A DNA stretch of 64,000 nt from the human T2T-CHM13v2.0 reference genome, Homo sapiens. The stretch's first letter is position 1, and every line of letters starts with the position of its first letter. Below the pieces are notes generated by a model. The model made no database searches. It was not told the origin of the DNA and was given only the letters and a program-made list of their open reading frames with translations. A program made the translations under genes and the position numbers. The stretch lies in assembly GCF_009914755.1 (NCBI RefSeq), contig NC_060937.1. One strand, given 5' to 3'. Positions 13,791 to 30,400 of this stretch are shown here, one piece after another.

Positions 13791-16700
13791 TTGTGTACTG
13801 TACATAATATATTAAATCGCCCAAATATATATTGTATACTGTATATAAAATATGAAGGTACTTCAAATATATATTATATGCTGCACATAAAATATCAAAG
13901 TACCCAAGGTATGCATTACATACTGTACATAAAATATCAAAGTACACATATTATATATTATATAATATACATAAAATATGAAGGTTCATCAAATATATAT
14001 TATATTCTGTACATAATATATCAAAGTACATCAAATATATATTATATACTGTACATAAAATATCAAAGTACCAAAAATATGTATTATATACTGTACATAA
14101 AATATGAAAGTAACCAAACATTTATAATAAACTGTACATAAAATATCAAAGTACTCAGTCTACATATTATATACAGTATATAAAATATCAAAGTACACAC
14201 ACTGTATATTATATACTGTACATAATATATCAAAATACCCAGAATATATAGCATACTCTACATAAAATATCAAAGTACCCAAAATATATATTGTATACTG
14301 TACATAAAATATGAAGGTACATCAAAGATATATTATATTCTGTACATAAAATATCAAACTACACCAAATATATATTATATGCTGTACATAATATATTAAA
14401 GTTGCCCATATATACATTATATACTGTACATAAAATATGAACGTACATCAAATATATAGTATATGCTGCACATAAAATATCAAAGTACCCAAAGTATGTA
14501 TTATACACTGTACATAAAATATCAAAGTACCAAAAGTATATATTACATACTGTAAATAAAATATGAAGGTACCTCAAATATATATTATATTCTGTACATA
14601 AAACATCAAAGTACACCAAGTATATACTATATACTCTGCATAAAATATTAAATTACCCAAAATATGTATTGCATTGTGTACATAAAATATGAAAGTAACC
14701 AAACATTTATAATAAACTGTACATAAAATTTCAAAGTACTCAAACTGTATATTATATACTGTACATAAAGTATCAAAGTACCCAAACTGTGTAGTATATA
14801 CTGTACATAAAATATCAAGGTACCCAAAATATATATTGTAAACTGTAGATAAAATATCAAAGTACCCAAAATATATATTATATACTGTACATAAAATATG
14901 AAGGCACATCCAATATATACTATATTCTGTACATAAAATATCAAAGTACACCAAATGTATATTATATACTGTACAAAAAATATCAAAGTACCCAAAGTGT
15001 ATATTATATACTGTACATAAAATATGAAGGTTCATCAAATATATTTTATATTCTGCACATAATATATCAAAGTACAGCAAATATATATTATATACTGTAC
15101 ATAAAATATCAAAGTACCCAAAATATGTATTATATACTGTACATAAAATATGAAAGTAACCAAACATTTATAATAAACTGTACATAAAGTATCAAAGTAC
15201 TCAAACTACATATTATATACAGTATATAAAATGTCAAAGTACCCAAACTGTATATTATATACTGTACATAATATATCAAAGTACCCGAATATATAGCATA
15301 CTGTACATAAAATATCAAGGTACCCAAAGTGTGTATTATACACTGCACATAAAATATGAAGGTACATAAAATATATATTGTATTCTGTACATAAAATATC
15401 AAAGTACTCCAAATATATATTATATGCTGTACATAATATATTATAGTCGCCCAAATATATATTATATACTGTACATAAAATATGAAGGTACATCAAATAT
15501 ATATTATATGCTGCACATAAAATATCAAAGTACCCAAAGTATGTGTTATATACTGTACATAAAATATCAAAGTACCCAATGTATATATTATATACTGTAC
15601 ATAAAATATAAAATACCCCAAATATATATTATATGCTATACATAAAATATCAAAGTACACAAAATATGTATTATATACTGTACATAAAATACCAAAGGAC
15701 CCAAAATATATATTATATACTGTACATAAAATATCAAAATACCCAAAATATATATTATATACTGTACATAAAATACCAAAGTACCCAAAGTATATATTAT
15801 ATACCGTACAAAAAATATCAAAGTAGCCAAAATATGTATTATACACTGTACATAATATATGAAAGTACCCAAACATTTATAATAAACTGTACATAAAATA
15901 TCAATGTACTCAAACTATATATTATCTGCGGTACATAAGATATCAAAGTACCCATACTATATAGTATATACTGTACTTAAAATATCAAAATACCCAAAAT
16001 ATATATTATATACGTTACATAAACTATCAAATACACAAAGTATGTATTATATACTGTACATAAAATAGAAAAGTTCCCAAAATATGTATTATATATATTA
16101 TAAATATGTACATAAAATATGAAAGTACCCAACCATTTATAATAAACTCTACATAAAACACCAAAGTACCCAAACTGTGTATTATATACTGTCCATAAAA
16201 TATCAAAGTACCCAAAATATATATTGTAAACTCTACATAAAATATCAAAGTAGCCAAAATACATATTGTATACTGTACATAAAATATAAAAGTACCCCAA
16301 ATATATATTATATACTGTACATAAAATATCAAAGTACCCATAATACATATTATATACTGTACATAAAATATCAAAGGACCCAAAATAAACATTATATACT
16401 GTACATAAAATATCCAAATACTCAAAATATATATTACATACTGTACATAAAATATCAAAGTACCCAAATTATGTACTATATACTGTACGTAAAATATTAG
16501 AGTACCCAAAATATGCGTTATATACTGTACATAAAATATGAAAGTAACAAAACATTTATAATAAACTGTACATAAAATATCAAAGTACTCAAACTATATA
16601 TCATATACTGTACATAAAATATCAAAGTACCCAAACTGTGTATTATTATATACTGTATATAAAATATCAAAGTACCTGAAATATATATTGTATACTGTAC

Positions 16701-19700
16701 ATAAAATATCAAAGTACACAAAATATATACTATATACTGTACATAAAATATGAAGGTACATCAAATATATATTATATCCTGTACATAAAATAACAAAGTA
16801 CACCTATTATATATTGTGTACTGTACATAATATATTAAATCGCCCAAATATATATTGTATACTGTATATAAAATATGAAGGTACTTCAAATATATATTAT
16901 ATGCTGCACATAAAATATCAAAGTACCCAAGGTATGCATTACATACTGTACATAAAATATCAAAGTACACAAATTATATATTATATACTGTACATAAAAT
17001 CTGTAGGTTCATCAAATATATTTTATATTCTGTACATAATATATCAAAGTACATCAAATATATATTATATACGGTACATAAAATATCAAATTACCCAAAA
17101 TATATATTATTTACTGTACATAAAATATGAAAGTAACCAAACATTTATAATAAACTGTACATAAATTATCAAAGTACTCAATCTACATATTATATACAGT
17201 ATATAAAATATCAAAGTACACAAACTGTATATTATATACTGTACATAATATGTCAAAGTACCCAGAATATATAGCATACTGTACATACAATATCAAAGTA
17301 CCCAAAATATATATTGTATACTGTACATAAAATATGAAGGTACATCAAAGATATATTATATTCTGTACATAAAATATCAAAGTACACCAAATATATATTA
17401 TATGCTGTACATAATATATTAAAGTTGCCCATGTATACATTTTATACTGTACATAAAATATGAAGGTACATCAAATATATAGTATATGCTGCACATAAAA
17501 TATCAAAGTACCCAAAGTATGTATTATATACTGTACATAAAATATCAAAGTACCAAAAGTATATATTACCTACTGTAAATAAAATGTGAAGATACCTCAA
17601 ATATATATTATATTCTGTACATGAAATATCAAAGTACACCAAGTATATACTATATACTCTACATAAAATATTAAATTACCCAAAATATGTATTGTATTGT
17701 GTACATAAAATATGAAAATAACCAAACATTTATAATAAACTGTACATAAAATATCAAAGTACTCAAACTTTATATTATATACTGTACATAAAGTATCAAA
17801 GTACCCAAACTGTGTAGTATATACTGTACATAAAATATCAAGGTACCCAAAATGTATATTGTAAACTGTAGATAAAATATCAAAGTACCCAAAATATATA
17901 TTATATACTGTGCATAAAATATGAAGGCACATCCAATATATATTATATTCTGTACATAAAATATCAAAGTACACCAAATGTATATTATATACTGTACATA
18001 AAATATAAAACTACCCCAAATATATATTATATACTCTACATAAAATATCAAAGTACCCAAAATATATATTATATACTGTACATAATATATCAAAGTACCC
18101 ATAGTATGTATTATATCCTGTACATAAAATATGAAAGTACGTCAAATATATATTCTATTCTGCACATAAAATATCATATTGCACCAAATATATATTGTAT
18201 ACTGTATATAAAATATGAAGGTACTTCAAATATATATTATATGCTGCACATAAAATATCAAAGTACCCAAAGTATGCATTATATACTGTACATAAAATAT
18301 CAAAGTACCCAAAGTGTATATTATATACTGTACATAAAATATGAAGGTTCATCAAATATATTTTATATTCTGCACATAATATATCAAAGTACAGCAAATA
18401 TATATTATATACTGTACATAAAATAACAAAGTAACAAAAATATGTATTATATACTGTACATAAAATATGAAAGTAACCAAATATTTATAATAAACTGTAT
18501 ATAAAATATCAAAGTACTCAAACTACATATTATATACAGTATATAAAATATCAAAGTACCCAAACTATATATTATATACTGTACATACTATATCAAAGTA
18601 CCCGAATATAGAGCATACTGTACATAAAATATCAAATTACCCAAAATATATATTGTATACTGTACATAAAATATGAAGGTACATCAAAGATATATTATAT
18701 TCTGTACATAAAATATCAAAGTACACCAAATATATATTATATGCTGTACAGAATATATTAAAGTCGACCAAATGTATATTATATAGTGTACATAAAATAT
18801 GAAGGTACATCAAATATATATTATATGCTGCACATAAAATATCAAAGTACCCAAAGTATGTATTATATACTGTACATAAAATATCAAAGTACCCAAAGTA
18901 TATATTATATACTGTACATAAAATATAAAATACCCCAAATATATATTATATGCTGTACATAAAATATCAAAGTACACAAAATATGCATTATGTACTGTAC
19001 ATAAATTATCAAAGGACCCAAAATATATATTATATAGTGTACATAAAATATCAAAATACCCAAAATATATATTATATACTGTACATAAAATACCAAAGTA
19101 CCCAAAGTATATATTATATACTGTATAAAAAATATCAAAGTAGCCAAAATATGTATTATACACTGTACATAATATATGAAAGTACCCAAACATTTATAAT
19201 AAACTGTACATAAAATATCAATGTACTCAAATTATATATTATGTGCGGTACTTAAGATATCAAAGTACCCATACTATATAGTATGTACTGTACTTAAAAT
19301 ATCAAAATACCCAAAATATATATTATATACGTTACATAAACTATCAAATACACAAAGTATGTATTACATACTGTACATAAAATAGCAAAGTTCCCAAAAT
19401 ATGTATTATATACTGTACATAAAATATGAAAGTAACCAACCATTTATAATAAACTCTACATAAAATACCAAAGTACCCAAACTGTGTATTATATACTCTC
19501 CATAAAATAGCAAAGTACCCAAAATATATATTGTCAACTGTACATAAAATATCAAAGTAGCCAAAATATATATAGTATACCGTACATAAAATATAAAAGT
19601 ACCCCAAATATGTATTATATACTGTACATAAAATATCAAAGTACCGATAATACATATTATATAGTGTACATAAAATATCAGAGGACCCAAAATAAACATT

Positions 19701-22700
19701 ATATACTGTACATAAAATATCCAAATACTCAAAATATATATTACATACTGTACATAAAATATCAAAGTACCCAAATTATGTATTATATACTGTACATAAA
19801 ATATCAGAGTACCCAAAATATGCATTATATACTGTACATAAAATATGAAAGTAACAAAACATTTATAATAAACTGTACATAAAATATCAAAGTACTCAAA
19901 CTATATATCATATACTGTACATAAAATATCAAAGTACCCAAACTGTGTATTATTATATACTGTATATAAAATATCAAAGTACCTGAAATATATACTGTAT
20001 ACTGTACATAAAATATCAAAGTACCCAAAATATATACTATATACTGTACATAAAATATGAAGGTACATCAAATATATATTATATCCTGTACATAAAATAT
20101 GAAAGTACACCTATTATATATTGTGTACTGTACATAATATATTAAATCGCCCAAATATATATTGTATACTGTATATAAAATATGAAGGTACTTCAAATAT
20201 ATATTATATGCTGCACATAAAATATCAAAGTACCCAAAGTATGCATTACATACTGTACATAAAATATCAAAGTACACATATTATCTATTATATAATGTAC
20301 ATAAAATATGAAGGTTCATCAAATATATATTATATTCTGTACATAATATATCAAAGTACATCAAATATATATTATATACTGTACATAAAATATCAAAGTA
20401 CCAAAAATATGTATTATATACTGTACATAAAACATGAAAGTAACCAAACATTTATAATAAACTGTACTTAAAATATCAAAGTACTCAATCTACATATTAT
20501 ATACAGTATATAAAATATCAAAGTACACAAACTGTATATTATATACTGTACATAATATATCAAAGTACCCAGAATATATAGCATACTGTACTTAAAATAT
20601 CAAAGTACCCAAAATATATATTGTATACTGTACATAAAATATGAAGGTACATCAAAGATATATTATATTCTGTACATAAAATATCAAAGTACACCAAATA
20701 TATATTATATGCTGTACATAATATATTAAAGTTGCCCATATATACATTATATACTGTACATAAAATATGAACGTACATCAAATATATAGTATATGCTGCA
20801 CATAAAATATCAAAGTACCCAAAGTATGTATTATACACTGTACATAAAATATCAAAGTACCAAAAGTATATATTACATACTGTAAATAAAATATGAAGGT
20901 ACCTCAAATATATATTATATTCTGTACATAAAATATCAAAGTACACCAAGTATATACTATATACTCTGCATAAAATATTAAATTACCCAAAATATGTATT
21001 GCATTGTGTACATAAAATATGAAAGTAACCAAACATTTATAATAAACTGTACATAAAATATCAAAGTACTCAAACTGTATATTATATACTGTACATAAAG
21101 TATCAAAGTACCCAAACTGTGTAGTATATACTGTTCATAAAATATCAAGGTACCCAAAATATATATTGTAAACTGTAGATAAAATATCAAAGTACCCAAA
21201 ATATATATTATATACTGTACATAAAATATGAAGGCACATCCAATATATATTATATTCTGTACATAAAATATCAAAGTACACCAAATGTATATTATATACT
21301 GTACATAAAATATCAAAGTACCCAAAGTGTATATTATATACTGTACATAAAATATGAAGATTCATCAAATATATTTTATATTCTGCACATAATATATCAA
21401 AGTACAGCAAATATATATTATATACTGTACATAAAATATCAAAGTACCCAAAATATGTATTATATACTGTACATAAAATATGAAAGTAACCAAACATTTA
21501 TAATAAACTGTACATAAAGTATCAAAGTACTCAAACTACATATTATATACAGTATATAAAATGTCAAAGTACCCAAACTGTATATTATATACTGTACATA
21601 ATATATCAAAGTACCTGAATATATAGCATACTGTACATAAAATATCAAAGTACCCAAAGTGTGTATTATACACTGCACATAAAATATGAAGGTACATAAA
21701 ATATATATTGTATTCTGTACATAAAATATCAAAGTACTCCAAATATATATTATATGCTGTACATAATATATTAAAGTCGCCCAAATATATATTATATACT
21801 GTACATAAAATATGAAGGTACATCAAATATATATTATATGCTGCACATAAAATATCAAAGTACCCAAAGTATGTGTTATATACTGTACATAAAATATCAA
21901 AGTACCCAAAGTATATATTATATACTGTACATAAAATATAAAATACCCCAAATATATATTATATGCTGTACATAAAATATCAAAGTACACAAAATATGTA
22001 TTATATACTGTACATAAAATACCAAAGGACCCAAAATATATATTATATACTGTACATAAAATATCAAAATACCCAAAATATATATTATATACTGTACATA
22101 AAATACCAAAGTACCCAAAGTATATATTATATACCGTACAAAAAATGTCAAAGTAGCCAAAATATGTATTATACACTGTACATAATATATGAAAGTACCC
22201 AAACATTTATAATAAACTGTACATAAAATATCAATGTACTCAAACTATATATTATGTGCGGTACATAAGATATCAAATTACCCATACTATATAGTATATA
22301 CTGTACTTAAAATATCAAAATACCCAAAATATATATTATATACGTTACATAAACTATCAAATACACAAAGTATGTATTATATACTGTACATAAAATAGCA
22401 AAGTTCCCAAAATATGTATTATATATATTATAAATATGTACATAAAATATGAAAGTACCCAACCATTTATAATAAATTCTACATAAAACACCAAAGTACC
22501 CAAACTGTGTATTATATACTGTCCATAAAATATCAAAGGACCCAAAATATATATTGTAAACTCTACATAAAATATCAAAGTAGCCAAAATACATATTGTA
22601 TACTGTACATAAATTATAAAAGTACCCCAAATATATATTATATACTGTACATAAAATATCAAAGTACCCATAATACATATTATATACTGTACATAAAATA

Positions 22701-23143
22701 TCAAAGGACCCAAAATAAACATTATATACTGTACATAAAATATCCAAATACTCAAAATATATATTACATACTGTACATAAAATATCAAAGTACCCAAATT
22801 ATGTATTATATACTGTACGTAAAATATCAGAGAACCCAAAATATGCATTATATACTGTACATAAAATATGAAAGTAACAAAACATTTATAATAAACTGTA
22901 CATAAAATATCAAAGTACTCAAACTATATATCATATACTGTACATAAAATATCAAAGTACCCAAACTGTGTATTATTATATACTGTATATAAAATATCAA
23001 AGTACCTGAAATATATATTGTATACTGTACATAAAATATCAAAGTACACAAAATATATACTATATACTGTACATAAAATATGAAGGTACATCAAATATAT
23101 ATTATATCCTGTACATAAAATATCAAAGTACACCTATTATATA
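13791..23143 (+). repeat. B(+10)-A-B(+10) run: 3,023 + 3,307 + 3,023 bp
   Basis: Markers at 13791, 16814, 20121 and 23144. The +10-bp insertion lies at 16,096 and 22,426 (6,330 apart). Confidence 0.85.
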
Positions 23144-26100
23144 TTGTTTACTGTACATAATATATTAAATCGCCCAAATATATATTGTATACTGTATATA
23201 AAATATGAAGGTACTTCAAATATATATTATATGCTGCACATAAAATATCAAAGTACCCAAGGTATGCATTACATACTGTACATAAAATATCAAAGTACAC
23301 AAATTATATATTATATACTGTACAAAAAATATGTAGGTTCATCAAATATATTTTATATTCTGTACATAATATATCAAAGTACATCAAATATATATTATAT
23401 ACGGTACATAAAATATCAAATTACCCAAAATATGCATTATTTACTGTACATAAAATATGAAAGTAACCAAACATTTATAATAAACTGTACATAAATTATC
23501 AAAGTACTCAATCTACATATTATATACAGTATATAAAATATCAAAGTACACAAACTGTATATTATATACTGTACATAATATGAAAAAGTACCCAGAATAT
23601 ATAGCATACTGTACATACAATATCAAAGTACCCAGAATGTATACTGTATAATGTACATAAAATATGAAGGTACATCAAAGATATATTATATTCTGTACAT
23701 AAAATATCAAAGTACACCAAATATATATTATATGCTGTACATAATATATTAAAGTTGCCCATGTATACATTTTATACTGTACATAAAATATGAAGGTACA
23801 TCAAATATATAGTATATGCTGCACATAAAATATCAAAGTACCCAAAGTATGTATTATATACTGTACATAAAATATCAAAGTACCAAAAGTATATATTACC
23901 TACTGTAAATAAAATATGAAGATACCTCAAATATATATTATATTCTGTACATGAAATATCAAAGTACACCAAGTATATACTATATACTCTACATAAAATA
24001 TTAAATTACCCAAAATATGTATTGTATTGTGTACATAAAATATGAAAGTAACCAAACATTTATAATAAACTGTACATAAAATATCAAAGTACTCAAACTG
24101 TATATTATATACTGTACATAAAGTATCAAAGTACCCAAACTGTGTAGTATATACTGTACATAAAATATCAAGGTACCCAAAATGTATATTGTAAACTGTA
24201 GATAAAATATCAAAGTACCCAAAATATATATTATATACTGTACATAAAATATGAAGGCACATCCAATATATATTATATTCTGTACATAAAATATCAAAGT
24301 ACACCAAATGTATATTATATACTGTACATAAAATATAAAACTACCCCAAATATATCTTATATACTCTACATAAAATATCAAAGTACCCAAAATATATATT
24401 ATATACTCTACATAATATATCAAAGTACCCATAGTATGTATTATATCCTGTACATAAAATATGAAAGTACGTCAAATATATATTCTATTCTGCACATAAA
24501 ATATCATATTGCACCAAATATATATTGTATACTGTATATAAAATATGAAGGTACTTCAAATATATATTATATGCTGCACATAAAATATCAAAGTACCCAA
24601 AGTATGCATTATATACTGTACATAAAATATCAAAGTACCCAAAATGTATATTATATACTGTACATAAAATATGAAGGTTCATCAAATATATTTTATATTC
24701 TGCACATAATATATGAAAGTACAGCAAATATATATTATATACTGTACATAAAATATCAAAGTACCCAAAATATGTATTATATACTGTACATAAAATATGA
24801 AAGTAACCAAACATTTATAATAAACTGTACATAAAGTATCAAAGTACTCAAACTACATATTATATACAGTATATAAAATGTCAAAGTACCCAAACTGTAT
24901 ATTATATACTGTACATAATATATCAAAGTACCCAAATATATAGCATACTGTACATAAAATATCAAAGTACCCAAAATATATATTGTATACTGTACATAAA
25001 ATGTGAAGGTACATTAAAGATATATTATATTCTGTACATAAAATATCAAATTACACCAAATATATATTATATGCTGTACATAATATATTAAAGTCAACCA
25101 AATATATATTATATACTGTACATAAAATATGAAGATACATCAAATATATATTATATGCTGCACATAAAATATCAAAGTATCCAAAGTATGTATTATACAC
25201 TGTACATAAAATATCAAAATACCAAAGTATATATTACATACTGTAAATAAAATATGAAGGTACCTCATATATATATTATATTCTGTACATAAAATATCAA
25301 AGTACACCAAGTATATACTATATACTCTGCATAAAATATTAAATTACCCAAAATATGTATTGTATTGTGTACATAAAATATGAAAGTAACCAAACATTTA
25401 TAATAAACTGTACATAAAATATCAAAGTACTCAAACTGTATATTATATACTGTACATAAAGTATCAAAGTACCCAAACTGTGTAGTATATACTGTACAAA
25501 AAATATCAAGGTACCCAAAATATATATTGTAAACTGTAGATAAAATATCAAAATACCCAAAATATATATTATATACTGTACATAAAATATGAAGGCACAT
25601 CCAATATATATTATATTCTGTACATAAAATATCAAAGTACACCAAATGTATATTATATACTGTACATAAAATATCAAAGTACCCAAAGTGTATATTATAT
25701 ACTGTACATAAAATATGAAGGTTCATCAAACATATTTTATATTCTCCACATAATATATCAAAGTACAGCAAATATATATTATATACTGTACATAAAATAT
25801 CAAAGTACCCAGAATATGTATTATATACTGTACATAAAATATGAAAGTAAGCAAACATTTGTAATAAAATGTACATAAAGTAACAAAGTACTCAAACTAC
25901 ATATTATATACAGTATATAAAATGTCAAAGTACCCAAACTGTATATTATATACTGTACATAATATATCAAAGTACCCGAATATATAGCATACTGTACATA
26001 AAATATCAAAGTACCCAAAGTGTGTATTATACACTGCACATAAAATATGAAGGTACATAAAATATATATTGTATTCTGTACATAAAATATCAAAGTACTC

Positions 26101-27494
26101 CAAATATATATTATATGCTGTACATAATATATTAAAGTCGCCCAAATATATATTATATACTGTACATAAAATATGAAGGTACATCAAATATATATTATAT
26201 GCTGCACATAAAATATCAAAGTACCCAAAGTATGTGTTATATACTGTACATAAAATATCAAAGTACCCAAAGTATATATTATATACTGTACATAAAATAT
26301 AAAATACCCCAAATATATATTATATGCTCTACATAAAATATCAAAGTACACAAAATATGTATTATATACTGTACATAAAATACCAAAGGACCCAAAATAT
26401 ATATTATATACTGTACATAAAATATCAAAATACCCAAAATATATATTATATACTGTACATAAAATACCAAAGTACCCAAAGTATATATTATATACCGTAC
26501 AAAAAATATCAAAGTAGCCAAAATATGTATTATACACTGTACATAATATATGAAAGTACCCAAACATTTATAATAAACTGTACATAAAATATCAATGTAC
26601 TCAAACTATATATTATGTGCGCTACATAAGATATCAAAGTACCCATACTATATAGTATATACTGTACTTAAAATATCAAAATACCCAAAATATATATTAT
26701 ATACGTTACATAAACTATCAAATACACAAAGTATGTATTATATACTGTACATAAAGTAGCAAAGTTCCCAAAATATGTATTACATACTGTACATAAAATA
26801 TGAAAGTACCCAACCATTTATAATAAACTCTACATAAAATACCAAAGTACCCAAACTGTGTATTATATACTGTCCATAAAATATAAAAGTACCCAAAATA
26901 TATATTGTAAACTCTACATAAAATATCAAAGTAGCCAAAATACATATTGTATACTGTACATAAAATATAAAAGTACCCCAAATATATATTATATACTGTA
27001 CATAAAATATCAAAGTACCCATAATACATATTATATACTGTACATAAAATATCAAAGGACCCAAAATAAACATTATATACTGTACATAAAATATCCAAAT
27101 ACTCAAAATATATATTACATACTGTACATAAAATATCAAAGTACCCAAATTATGTATTATATACTGTACGTAAAATATGAGAGTACCCAAAATATGCGTT
27201 ATATACTGTACATAAAATATGAAAGTAACAAAACATTTATAATAAACTGTACATAAAATATCAAAGTACTCAAACTATATATCATATACTGTACATAAAA
27301 TATCAAAGTACCCAAACTGTGTATTACTACATACTGTATATAAAATATCAAAGTACCTGAAATATATATTTTATACTGTACATAAAATATCAAAGTACCC
27401 AAAATATATACTATATACTGTACATAAAATATGAAGGTACATCAAATATATATTATATCCTGTACATAAAATATCAAAGTACTCCTATTATATA
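23144..27494 (+). repeat. Chimeric A/B unit, 4,351 bp
   Basis: A-type blocks 1-3, a hybrid block at ~24,800-25,380, then B-type blocks 3-6. Eight punctuation monomers instead of six. Confidence 0.8.
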
Positions 27495-30400
27495 TTGTGT
27501 ACTGTACATAATATATTAAATCGCCCAAATATATATTGTATACTGTATATAAAATATGAAGGTACTTCAAATATATATTATATGCTGCACATAAAATATC
27601 AAAGTACCCAAAGTATGCATTACATACTGTACATAAAATATCAAAGTACACAAATTATATATTATATTCTGTACATAAAATATGTAGGTTCATCAAATAT
27701 ATTTTATATTCTGTACATAATATATCAAAGTACATCAAATATATATTATATACGGTACATAAAATATCAAAGTACCCAAAATATGTACTATTTACTGTAC
27801 CTAAAATATGAAAGTAACCAAACTTTTATAATAAACTGTACATAAAATATCAAAGTACTCAATCTACATATTATATACAGTATATAAAATATCAAAGTAC
27901 ACAAACTGTATATTATATACTGTACATAATATATCAAAGTACCCAGAATATATAGCATACTGTACATACAATATCAAAGTACCCAGAATGTATATTGTAT
28001 ACTGTACATAAAATATGAAGGTACATCAAAGATATATTATATTCTGTACATAAAATATCAAAGTACACCAAATATATATTATATGCTGTACATAATATAT
28101 TAAAGTTGCCCATGTATACATTTTATACTGTACATGAAATATGAAGGTACATCAAATATATAGTATATGCTGCACATAAAATATCAAAGTACCCAAAGTA
28201 TGTATTATATACTGTACATAAAATATCAAAGTACCAAAAGTATATATTACCTACTGTAAATAAAATATGAAGATACCTCAAATATATATTATATTCTGTA
28301 CATGAAATATCAAAGTACACCAAGTATACACTATATACTCTACATAAAATATTAAATTACCCAAAATATGTATTGTATTGTGTACATAAAATATGAAAGT
28401 AACCAAACATTTATAATAAACTGTACATAAAATATCAAAGTACTCAAACTTTATATTATATACTGTACATAAAGTATCAAAGTACCCAAACTGTGTAGTA
28501 TATACTGTACATAAAATATCAAGGTACCCAAAATGTATATTGTAAACTGTAGATAAAATATCAAAGTACCCAAAATATATATTATATACTGTACATAAAA
28601 TATGAAGGCACATCCAATATATATTATATTCTGTACATAAAATATCAAAGTACACCAAATGTATATTATATACTGTACATAAAATATAAAACTACCCCAA
28701 ATATATATTATATACTCTACATAAAATATCAAAGTACACAAAATATATATTATATACTGTACATAATATATCAAAGTACCCATAGTATGTATTATATCCT
28801 GTACATAAAATATGAAAGTACGTCAAATATATATTCTATTCTGCACATAAAATATCATATTGCACCAAATATATATTGTATACTGTATATGAAATATGAA
28901 GGTACTTCAAATATATATTATATGCTGCACATAAAATATCAAAGTACCCAAAGTATGCATTATATACTGTACATAAAATATCAAAGTACCCAAAGTGTAT
29001 ATTATATACTGTACATAAAATATGAAGGTTCATCAAATATATTTTATATTCTGCACATAATATATCAAAGTACAGCAAATATATATTATATACTGTACAT
29101 AAAATAACAAAGTAACAAAAATATGTACTATATACTGTACATAAAATATGAAAGTAACCAAATATTTATAATAAACTGTATATAAAATATCAAAGTACTC
29201 AAACTACATATTATATACAGTATATAAAATATCAAAGTACCCATACTATATATTATATACTGTACATACTATATCAAAGTACCCGAATATATAGCATACT
29301 GTACATAAAATATCAAATTACCCGAAATATATATTGTATACTGTACATAAAATATGAAGGTACATCAAAGATATATTATATTCTGTACATAAAATATCAA
29401 AGTACACCAAATATATATTATATGCTGTACAGAATATATTAAAGTCGACCAAATGTATATTATATACTGTACATAAAATATGAAGGTACATCAAATATAT
29501 ATTATATGCTGCACATAAAATATCAAAGTACCCAAAGTATGTGTTATATACTGTACATAAAATATCAAAGTACCCAAAGTATATATTATATACTGTACAT
29601 AAAATATAAAATACCCCAAATATATATTATATGCTGTACATAAAATATCAAAGTACACAAAATATGCATTATGTACTGTACATAAATTATCAAAGGACCC
29701 AAAATATATATTATATAGTGTACATAAAATATCAAAATACCCAAAATATATATTATATACTGTACATAAAATACCAAAGTACCCAAAGTATATATTATAT
29801 ACTGTATAAAAAATATCAAAGTAGCCAAAATATGTATTATACCCTGTACATAATATATGAAAGTACCCAAACATTTATAATAAACTGTACATAAAATATC
29901 AATGTACTCAAACTATATATTATGTGCGGTACTTAAGATATCAAAGTACCCATACTATATAGTATGTACTGTACTTAAAATATCAAAATACCCAAAATAT
30001 ATATTATATACGTTACATAAACTATCAAATACACAAAGTATGTATTACATACTGTACATAAAATAGCAAAGTTCCCAAAATATGTATTATATACTGTACA
30101 TAAAATATGAAAGTACCCAACCATTTATAATAAACTCTACATAAAATACCAAAGTACCCAAACTGTGTATTATATACTCTCCATAAAATATCAAAGTACC
30201 CAAAATATATATTGTCAACTGTACATGAAATATCAAAGTAGCCAAAATATATATAGTATACCGTACATAAAATATAAAAGTACCCCAAATATGTATTATA
30301 TACTGTACATAAAATATCAAAGTACCGATAATACATATTATATACTGTACATAAAATATCAGAGGACCCAAAATAAACATTATATACTGTACATAAAATC

